Shown in pieces: positions 12,848-23,200 of a stretch of DNA of 57,621 bases. The notes beneath the pieces were generated by a model that was not told where the DNA came from, did no database searches, and saw only the letters and a list, made by a program, of their open reading frames with translations. How positions within the stretch are numbered: the stretch's first letter is position 1; every line of letters starts with the position of its first letter. Source of the DNA: Azolla caroliniana (taxonomy: Eukaryota > Plantae > Polypodiophyta); the NCBI GenBank assembly GCA_043228905.1, contig JBHGNT010000184.1:1-57621 (forward strand), in the 5' to 3' direction. A program made the position numbers and the translations under genes.

Positions 12848-15160
12848 GGCCTGCTGCTTAAAATTTTGTCAACGGGGGCTCTTCGTGAATCAAATCAGTC
12901 CTGTCATATATAGCGAGAGAGAAAGACAGAGACAGAATAATGTATGTATGTTACATGCACACACATAGATAGGTGCTCAGTGCTACCCAGCCTCAAATCA
13001 ATATGTATGGGAGGAAGTGAGTAAGTGTTAGAGGCATATAGGTTCCTTTCACCATTCCATTGACTATATTTGGAGGACCACCTAGCGGAAACTTCAATTA
13101 GCATGTGTGTGAACGTGTATATATATCTATGTATATGTATATGTTCTATGAGAAGTCTCTAGTTCATCCTTCAACGCATGCTCAATGGTCAATTTTAGCT
13201 AGACTCGAATGATTAACATACACATATTTGTCCATCTATTTCGATCACTTGGGGGGATTTTCCTCCATAGTTCTCTTGAATCATTCTATGTGTTTCTAGC
13301 TTGTTTTGCATCCAAATTCTCTTAAATTGAGCTTGAATGATAGTATGATTGAAAATGAAAATATTCAATGTTTGGGAGTCCACTCAATTGCTTCTGTGAG
13401 AATTCAGTTTACTTGAATTTCAGCGATGTCGTTATATCAACAGATCCAACCTTCGTTACACAATCGACAATATAAACACTACCAAAATTAAAATGGGGCA
13501 TTGGTCCCCGAGTTATGATACACCACTCGAACAAAGTTGTTTCATTCTCCGAAATGAGCTCTCTTGTAGCTCAAGGCTACTTCTTGTTATTATGTTGAAT
13601 AATACCATGGTGTTTGTGTACTACAAGTAACAAGCCCACTTGAGAGCTCAAAATGTATGGGCAACATAGACTATATCAAAGGAAATTTTGAGACTTGCAT
13701 ATATAGACCACATGCAACACAAAAAATGCATATCTAAAAATAGATCTAATGCCACATGGACCTCGTATTGGTCATCCATAAGATTCAACAAGGCGCGAGT
13801 AGCAAATGAACGGAGGAGAAGAATACAGAGACAATGTGTCTTCTTAACTCGATAAAATCTAGCAGAAAGGACCAAAAAGTTAATAATGTTTTGATGCTTC
13901 TTTCCAAGTTGGCACGGAATGACCTATGTATATATATGAGTAGATATTCCGGACATGTTGGAAACGAGGCATGGTCGACAAGTAACACATGAGCACACGA
14001 AATGTTTTGGTTTCTAATTACATCGTGATTTCTTCCTGGACCCCAGGTGTGAAACCGAACAAAATTAGGGCTTTGCCAGGACTAAATAAGGGGACGCATA
14101 GCCACTGTTCAGGATTCTCTGTTTTTGTGATACGTTTCAGAGAGCGCTCGCCTGTTCTAACTTCTCTTGAGAGAATTGGCGTGTCTTTCTTTCGTTGTTT
14201 TCCATGGCCGATGATGCGATACATCATTTAACACCTGACAATGGCTGACTGTTTCAGTGATGCCATCTTCTTTCGTTAAAACTGACTGAGGCCTGTCTGC
14301 ACTCTTTTGGCTGAATGGATCAAATGCTCGTTCCGCTCCTTTGTTCTCTGATCCTCTTTTTTCTAATTTGTTTCTGTGCCGCATTCTGGGCTGGAAGTAA
14401 TCGAAATAAACTTTTAAGGGAATTGGCCAAGCAAATAAGACGAGCTAAAAAAGCAAGACAGGTCTTTTCTTTTTTGGTTTGGCTTAATTTGGGTTTCAGT
14501 ACATTCTTTGAAAGCAGATTTTGATCGGATGACAAACAACCATCTTGTTTGCTTCTAAATTCAGAATCGGCTAAATGGAAACACATATCAGACGTTGTTG
14601 AAATGGCGTTATCGACCTTTCCGGATGGGACATAAGAGCAGACATAAGGATTAATCTGTCGCGAAGAATAGGAGAATGCATATATTCGCTCGCTCCTAAG
14701 TAGAAAATTTTAAAGTTCAGCGTGATTTGTCTCGCAATTGCGCGGGACTGTTCTAATGATATCAGCAGATTGAACAAGGACTTATACATCTACTTACGCT
14801 CTCCGTAGAGTTATTCAGCAGATTCGTTTCCTGCTGGCTTGAGTTTTTGTGTTTTTCTTCTCATCATTATTGCGCTCTTTCTCTCGCTCTTCGTCGATCT
14901 CTCTGCTAAGTCAGGAGAATTGAAAGCTACAACGGTTGGTGGTACTAATCTAAATTTCGGAGGCAGAACACGTTTGGCAGTCAGTGGGAGGATCTCGATT
15001 TTGACACTAGTAGTTATTGATTTGTCCAAAATTCCACTGATTTCCATGTTTCTAGTTTTCGGTAGCGCAATAGTAGTCTTTGTGAAATGATAACTATTTG
15101 CCCTAATTCATCCTTATATGATATATCATAGAGAAAGAGAGACAGAGATATTTGCCCAGA

Positions 15161-15233
15161 TGGATGTAGCTTAGTTGGTAAGGTTGCCCAATAGAGACCA
15201 GGAGGTCATGGGTTCAACCCTTACATTCCACAC
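15161..15233 (+). mobile_element. tRNA-derived SINE head / tRNA pseudogene
   Basis: GGATGTAGCTTAGTTGGTAAG (A box) ... AGGTCATGGGTTCAACCC (B box) ... ACATTCCA. Ends resemble tRNA-Ala; the anticodon arm does not fold. Confidence 0.65.
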
Positions 15234-15291
15234 TGGCATCTAGTGAATTAAGAGAAATTCATATCTAAAGTATCTAATAAAGGGGGGAGAA

Positions 15292-15354
15292 AATCAGGTT
15301 TCAAACCCAGGACATACTGCTTCCTAGTATAAACAACTTACCACTAGGGTAAGG
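15292..15354 (-). mobile_element. Second degenerate tRNA-like (Pol III A/B box) head, convergent with the first
   Basis: Minus strand reads CCTTACCCTAGTGGTAAG...GTCCTGGGTTTGAAACCTG. Confidence 0.5.
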
Positions 15355-15896
15355 TAATTATGATAGAGAGAGAGAGAGAGATAAGAGTAATGCACTTAAC
15401 AATGTATTAGATCATAAGAACAGAATATACATGTTTTTGCCAAATATGATGTTAGAATTTAGCCTAGTATGTAATGAGCGAATGAGCCACTTAGTTATCC
15501 AAAGGAAATTACTAAAACTCTAGGTAATGGACAATTTGTTGTGTCATAAACTATGATGATTTCATGGAATATGACAAGATAGTTGACGATATGGAAAGAG
15601 GTTGACCTCTTAAATTATGAGGGTCTTAAAGAACAAGAGAAGATTGACGGCAACATAGAGAGGAGTAAAGGGCTGAAAGGTGTAGAATACAAAATGTCCT
15701 AGTAAAGTTAGTGACGAAGTCAAATCTTGTAGCCTTATAACTATGAAAGCACATCCAAGCATTGGGTAGAGAGACTAGGAGAACTGTGTTAACAATGAAT
15801 GTTATGTATCAATAGCGGATTGATTTGGTTTGTTTCATTAGTTTCAAAATAAATAGATTAAGTTTCTAAAACTTAAACCAATTTGAGAGATCATTT

Positions 15897-18316
15897 TGTG
15901 GTGTGCATGTGTTCCTTTGTGCCGCCCTTTTAGCACACATGTAGCTTAGCCAACCCAAATGGGTACCTATATATCAACTAAAAATTGAGTAAAAAGTAAG
16001 AAGTTAAGTAGGTTGGTTTTGATTGCTTATGTGCATTTCACATATTGGTGGAGATGACGTGCAACAACCCCTCATGTCTAAGCATCCGCTTTGTAGTATG
16101 GATCACTTTCACCAGTATCAATCACTCCACCCTAGTCTTTGGTAATAGTATCTCTTCCATTCGCGCCGCCTTAGTTCACCAATTAGGTCTCCCGACATCA
16201 ATCGCTCCCTCCATCTAAGTCCTTTTTGTTGATCACCAACATCTTTACCACTCTCGCACGCAAGCTTGTTGCACTGTCACCTTAGGCAATGTAATTTTCT
16301 CACTCCACTTTTATGTCTTGCCCCACCAACTCTTCCCCCTCACCTTAGGTTGTGATTGGTTCCTCAAGCATTACGCTATAATTGATTTCATTGCTCATCA
16401 ACCTCTTGTCGCACGAGCTCCCCCAGTCCCCCTCCTACACAATAGTAGCCCTCATGTCCCCCACCTCAACCAAGTTTAGGTGGTCCTTAGTCCACAGGAG
16501 CAATTAATCTCTATTTGCCAATTGTTAGCTCGTTTTGTGTCACTAGCCCCGTCCAACTATTATCTAATCAAGGCCACCAGTTCCAAAAGGATGTCCTCAA
16601 CATCGTTGAGGCTGAGCTAGGTATCCAATAGGTGTTTATGTCCCCATGCCATCCTCTGACAAATGGCCTCATCGGACGTTGTCGTGAAGATCCGTCACTA
16701 CGTGTAGATCGTGAGGCGGAACTGTTGGGGTTCTGGACCGGAAGGACTCGAAGTTTGCACTAGCTTTAGTGAGAAAGTATTTAAGATAGATTGAAAGAGA
16801 GAGAGAGATTAAGATAAAGATTGAACGCGTGACTTTAGATTTAAGAGACAAGATTGATACATCAATTGAATAACAAATTTATTACTTTAAATTTCTTGAT
16901 TAATACATCGCTCCGCGTTTTTCTTCTTTATCCACTCTTTTATAGACGCCCCTATGCATATGATGCATGTGAGGGTTCAAGACATGCATACAATGCATGT
17001 GATGCATGTTTGTCATTTGGCGCTTATGCATTACATGTGATGCATAATAACCATGTCACTCAATCAAGCTCTAATATGAGAATTTACATGTAAAACTATA
17101 ATGATAGAAGAAACCTTTCTAAGGAAATGACTAAGCTTAGTGGTAAGTCCATTGCCTCCTATCTTGGAGGTGTAAGGTTCAAGCCTTGCTTGCATCCATT
17201 TGATTACAAAGTTCTAATAGGGTTTTTAGTTTAGATGATTTTGTTCGTTTCACACCGAAATCGTCGCGATTAACCTATCCGATTGATCCGTCTATCCGGT
17301 CCGCTTCTGACCCAGCGATCTAGTCTATCCGTTCCGGTTCTAGTTCTGTCGTCGTCCGGTTCTGGCTCGGTCGTTGTCCGGTGCCAATCCGGTTCCGGCT
17401 CCGTCGTCGTCCGATGCCGATCTGGTTCCAGTATCGGTTCTGTCCGTCCGACTCCGTCCAAAACACTATTTTGAATAACTTGGCCACATCCAGTCGTTCA
17501 AGTTATACAACCAACCCTTTTGTGCTCCTAACACTTAGATAAAATATAAAGAGATATGGCTCTACTTATATACCCTTACATCCTGATGTTGTCCTATTTA
17601 TGTGGGATATCTCACAATTTTGTTTTTTCTCTTCTTCTTCTCAAACTTCACATTGATATAACTTGACACTAATTTGTCTGTTTCACATGTGGTAAAATGC
17701 ATTCGGAAGCTCTTAAAGAACTCTATTTTCCCGTACCAAGATATTAAGGTAATCTAAAATAGTATCTTCACTATCATTGTTTCATATCTTGTGTAAAGAA
17801 CCACACTCGATTTTGGACATTCCTCGCAATTTTTCACACCATTGGCGAAAATCTTCATGACATCGCCTCAACAAGATCCTCAAGAAAGAGATTGTCGCTT
17901 ACATCGATCCATGCCACAAAACCTGAGATCAAATCGAGCATTGTATGGGCGTAATCCTCACCTCCCACCAGAATCGTCCATTGATGTCCATTCAAAACCT
18001 ACCAACATGGATAGTGTCACTTGGGAGCTCTATCTCCAATACATGCTCCCCCTCCTTCAACAAGCCACTACTCCTGTTCCTGTTGATGTTCCTGTTCTTG
18101 CTCCTCAGTCTCTTGTTTCTCTCATGGGGGAAATGTGGTGTGCATGTGTTCCTTTTAGCACACCCTTTTTAGCATGCAAGTACCTTAGCCAACCCACTCT
18201 TTTTAGCATGCATGTACCGAAGCCAAACCCAAATGGGTACCTTTGTATCAAATATAAATCGAGTAAGAAGTAAGAAGCTAAGTAGGCTGGTTTTGATCTC
18301 TTATGAGCATTTCACA
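15897..18316 (+). mobile_element. Non-autonomous Ty3/Gypsy-derived LTR element with short LTRs (15897-16042 and 18134-18316)
   Basis: Direct repeats TGTGGTGTGCATG...CATTTCACA. PBS TGGTGGAGATG at 16046-16056 (complementary to the 3' end of tRNA-Ala). Polypurine tract GGGGGAAA at 18126-18133. Decayed aspartic-protease-like peptide at ~16130-16400 (LVHQLGL...HFYVLPHQLFPLTLGCDWFLKHYAIIDF). TSD not clean. Confidence 0.75.
16723..17465 (-). mobile_element. Nested LTR-like segment (CpG-rich, with internal tandem repeats and a tRNA-like insert at ~17130-17195)
   Basis: TGTT...AACA termini. Minus-strand TATA (CTATAAAAG ~16940) followed by AATAAA. GGTTCCGG/GTCGTCC repeats at 17280-17460. No matching TSD seen. 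Confidence 0.5.
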
Positions 18317-19918
18317 ATACATTTAGAAGATGAAATAGACAATTCCCTTTACCAAACAATCAAGCTGGCTAGTTTTGCCCAAAACCTTACTAAAGACAAC
18401 CCTATGGAAACCATATGAAGCTTGATAATTGGATTTGAGTAGAGACCTAACACATGTGTACATTCTTAATGAAAAACAACATGGTCGTAGTTGTCGTTTG
18501 CAACTTTGGAAATGACTTTTTAGTATCGATTGTTGCATCAAAGAAGAGATAGATACACTTATCTTATATATTTTTATTTGACCTATGTTCTCAACTGTAG
18601 TATGTAGATAGATAATAATGTGCAAAAATAGAAGAAGGGGTATTGAAGTAGGTGTGGATTCGTTGCCAAAATACGAGTAATTGGATTAATATGTGAATAG
18701 GATTAGTCTTACCACTAACATGGGTTACTATTAGCCATGTTAATGAGACTTAATGTGGTTTGTATGTTGTTTATGATGTTATCATTATTGTTAACATCGT
18801 TGTTAATGCTAGTGGTATTGTATGAGGTCATAGTTGTGAAAAAACATGTATTCTACGTTTTAGAGTATTTTTAAGTAATTTACACTCATTCTATATTTCC
18901 ATTTTATAATATTTTAATTTATTCTATGTATTTGACATATTCTACGTATTTTATTTATAATATACATATTCTAAGTATTTTGAAAAAGAAGGTAGAACAC
19001 TTTTAGAATTGTTATTCTAGGCGTATTGTAAGCAAATTATGCCACAACAATGATCTCGGTCTTATTTTTTGCCATCTAGACCATCATATGTTGAGATGTA
19101 TTACAAGGTGGATGTTCCCCTTGTGCTTGAACTTGAGCATTTACGAAATGTATTGTGGTTTGTTTGGGAAATCTTGTGTTTGGGCTTAGCAAGAGGGTTG
19201 GAGAGAATGTAATATTTGTTAGACCAAATAGTGAGTGTGATGTATGCATCAATTCGGCGTGGGAACATGTGTGCGTGTGTCTTAATTGTGCACTATTTGC
19301 TAAAGTGCCCATGTGTGCCCACGATGCTACAAATACTGTCTTCGTTTTTCTTCTACTCTAATGAGAAAGCCTGCCTAAATTTCAAAATTATTTCATTGTG
19401 TATTAATATTATATATAATTTGCTAGAAAGCGTTAGTTGTGATGGAATTAACATCAATAACACTATAATGGAAGATGACTGATAATATGTGGGATTACAT
19501 AGGCTCCAAGCAAGTAACCCTCAAAAAGCTAATGGATTGGTATTGTTAGGAGCTCGAATCGTCATGCACAATGATACAACTGAGAGTGTTATTTAAGAGT
19601 CTACGATATCACCAAATGGTGGTGATAGGAGCAGTAAGTAACATGACTTGATTAGTGATTACAAGAGAGAGAGGTAGTTTGGTGGGTTAGAAGGGAGGGG
19701 TATTTTGGGCAACCCATAGAAATGTTGAGATAGGGGCATTTATGTAATTAAGATAAATTTGGGGGTATTTTCCGAAATACAATATATGGGACAGTAATAA
19801 AAAGAGAGCGTTCTTCACTGTGAGAGAAGGAAGAAGGCGAGGCTGTATTTTGAGAGCGAGAGCGCAACAGAGAGGAGACAGAGACCGAGATAACAGTGAC
19901 GAAGAACTGTCCATCTCT

Positions 19919-19919
<1 letters not shown>

Positions 19920-19961
<42 letters not shown>

Positions 19962-20075
19962 TCCATGGATTTGAACGAGCTCCCCACAGAGGAGCGAGAA
20001 GACCCTCGATTCGAGTCTGCTGTGGAGATAATGCGTAGAGTATGCATACATACGCTACACCTACACCTACACCTA

Positions 20076-20108
<33 letters not shown>
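19920..20108. repeat. (GA)n and (CA)n microsatellites in the promoter/5' region of the capping enzyme gene
   Basis: (GA)n at ~19920-19957; (CCTACA)n then (CA)n at ~20055-20108. Confidence 0.95.
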
Positions 20109-20111
<3 letters not shown>

Positions 20112-20251
20112 CCATTGTAAGAACGAGCACATGGAATTTAAGAAATAGGAAAAAGAAAAAGGTAAAACTTGTAATCTTATTTTCTCATGAAATGTCGTTT
20201 TTTTTTTCTTCCTTTAAATTTTTGAAGGAGAGAGAGGAGAGGAGGCAACGC

Positions 20252-23200
20252 ATGGAGAAGAAGAGGATGGCAGAGTCCCCTGCTACCCCTGCCCAAGATT
20301 ACAGCAAGGAGAGAGAGATCGATCGAGTGCGGAAATACAAAACTTCAATTCCAATCCTTCCTGAAGGTATATATACAGTCTCGTCTCTTTCTTTAAAGGA
20401 GATTTTTTATTTTTCCTTATGTTTATGTTCCTATAGTTAATTCGATAGCCTTTCCAATTTTATGTGGAAGCGAATTTATTTGCTTCTTTTCAATCAAGAA
20501 GCTTTCAAATATATTCTCCACACACAAAATTGCATATTTCATGAGCCCTTCAAGCATGGGTGAGGGTTACCTCGCAGGGTGTAGACTAGTAATGTTTTGG
20601 TAGTAGATAGGGCTGTGGGTATTACCGTAATGTGTTGGAATTCAGATTCGATATAGCCCTCAAAATTTCAACTGAACACATGATTCAGTAAGACATAGAT
20701 TTTCTAACTCGTAAAATGATTCAATTTTCTATATTTTCGGTTCTCCTATGATGCAGTGGGAACCCACAAACTATAGATTGTGAAGCAGACTGTAATGAAG
20801 CTTTGATGAGCCCTTCAAGCATCACCTGTGGGTCTTCTTGAGTGCTGTAGACAGGTTTATGGATATTACTGTAACAAGTTAGAGTTAAGATTTGTTATTC
20901 ACTCTAAAAATATCTTTCAACTGGACAAATCATTAAAAATACCATTATTGGGTAAGATACAGATTTATTGAGGATGTAGCTGGAGTGTGTTAACTCACAA
21001 AAATGATTCAGTTTTTTATATTATTGGATCTCCTATGATGCATCTGAGCCTCCAAAGAATTATTTACAGTGCATGCTCTAAAGCAGTGACCGAGTTGTAT
21101 TGGAATGCCATAAAATTTAGCAAGAATGTTGTCTTATAGTGGGAATAATTGTGCCCCCATCATTTAGACACACAGCTTGAATATGAATATCCCTACTCTT
21201 ATGCATCGTCAGAACAACTAAGATTTACTACAAGGTTGTTATTTTGTTTTATATTCTTTAATTCATTCCTGACGTCAGCTATATGTGTGGTCTCCTGAAA
21301 ATCACTTATAATGACCGTGTGCTTCTATTAAAATGCTATTCAGTCAGGAGTCTTAGTAACTGGGGCTTGACATGTTTGTAGGTTGGGAACCTTTGCTTAA
21401 AAATTTGACTTTGTAGGTTGGGAACATGTTTCTACTAATATATCTTCTCTCTATAAGCAGAGCCATTTGTACTTTACTTGTTTTATGCTAATTGTCCATA
21501 TGCATAGCATGTAAAGCAACTTCAACAGCTAAAAATTTGTGGACTAACTGCTCATCCAATTTTTATAGGATGGATAGAGTGTCCAAAAATTGGGAAACCA
21601 ATCGCTGGTTTAATACCTTCTAAAGTTCCACTAGGACCTCGATTTAATGAAGTTGTTGAGGCAGGAAAAAGATACTCACCACAACATGTTGGCCGACTAG
21701 CACGGGCTTTGGGTAGAGAGGTTTGCTATTTTTTTTCTTGTCATTGTACAATGTGTTTGGTCTCTACTTCCTATAAATCTTTACCTTTTTTTTCATAGGT
21801 GGGAATGGTGGTAGACCTCACAAACACCACACGATATTACACCCCTGCTGAATGGAAAGACCAAGGCTATAAATATTTGAAGGTTGTTAAAGACCTAAAC
21901 TCAATGATTAAGATTTTGATATCTTCTACATTGATCTGGAGATAGTTTGTCTTCTATTGCAGATACCATGTAGAGGCCGCAATGAAGTTCCAGAAAATGA
22001 TAGAGTCAATGAATTTGTCTATGAAGTAGGTGATCTGTTGGTTCCTCTTTTTTCTAACGAAGTCTTGATATGCACCCCATGGTTTCTTATATTATTTGAC
22101 TGGAACAGGTTATGCATTTTCTTAGTTCCCAGAGAACAAGTCCCAAAGCTAAGTGCATTTTAGTGCACTGCACTCATGGATTTAATCGAACAGGCTACAT
22201 GATTGTAAACTATCTAAAGAGGACACAGCAAGGCCTCACTGTTGAACAGGTAGCTGAAGTGGAAAGTGTAACGCCTGACTGCTTGGCACTTTAATTGCGT
22301 GCATCTCACTTTATTTAATTTGAAGTTTCAAATTTGTACTATTGGCTACTCTTTTTTAAAACTCTAGAGTATTTGTTGATAGTTTTTAGTACCTCTCTGT
22401 TGAGATTATCTATGATGTGAAAAGTAACATTAATGTCAGTATTTAACAGAGCAACATGGCTTTCTTAGGATTTAAGATTTCTAAGCCCCAATATATTCTG
22501 TTCTCATAAAACAAGAACAATTAGACTCAGTAGCAATAGATGATAATAATGGAAGGTCATATCTCTCGTTCAGAGTCCAAAATTTCAGTTTCTGTGATAT
22601 ACCATGTCTTCACTTGTAATTGTTCAAGAGTCTCATGCGATGAATGTGTTACTATATGTAGATCATCATAGATCAGTCAATCATATTTAGTGAATGATTA
22701 GTTGCATTGTTAGATGGTTAGTTCCTTCTAGGCTAGATGGTTAGTTGCATATATCCTGTAGGAGTTTCTCAGCCTAATGGAAAAGAAATTGGAACTTGGA
22801 AGACAAATGGCAAAAGATTGGGCAACAATTATATGGTAGTTGAGTCCATGGGGAAGAAAGTCGTGGCATACAAGTTAAGAGGATGATACTTTAGATGCAG
22901 GTTATTATCACGTTACACTGGTAATTTTTATTTTGATATGCACACTAAAGTTTATAGAGAGTGCACACCTTCCCTTTCCAATGCAAGTGCTGAAAGTGAC
23001 AATAGTGATTGATTGAGAGATTATTTCAATGCCACCAATTGTCCAATCTTCAGAAAGTTCCATTTTCAGGTGGTATGTGTGCTTTTAGCACTTTCAACTT
23101 CCCCTTCTATGAACATATTTTTCTATGCAGATAACTTTTGTTTTGTTTTCGCTTATCGATCCATTGCCTAAATTTGTGATATTTTCATGAAATGATGTTT

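Noticed and set aside
15161-15233. Functional tRNA gene
   Set aside because: The anticodon and D stems do not pair properly and no poly-T terminator follows. A SINE head or pseudogene fits better.
17270-17474. TTTEPEPD repeat ORF
   Set aside because: Translation of tandem repeats inside the LTR-like segment.
19687-20251. ORFs with VCVC, SLSL, ERER and THTH runs
   Set aside because: These are translations of (GA)n and (CA)n microsatellites.
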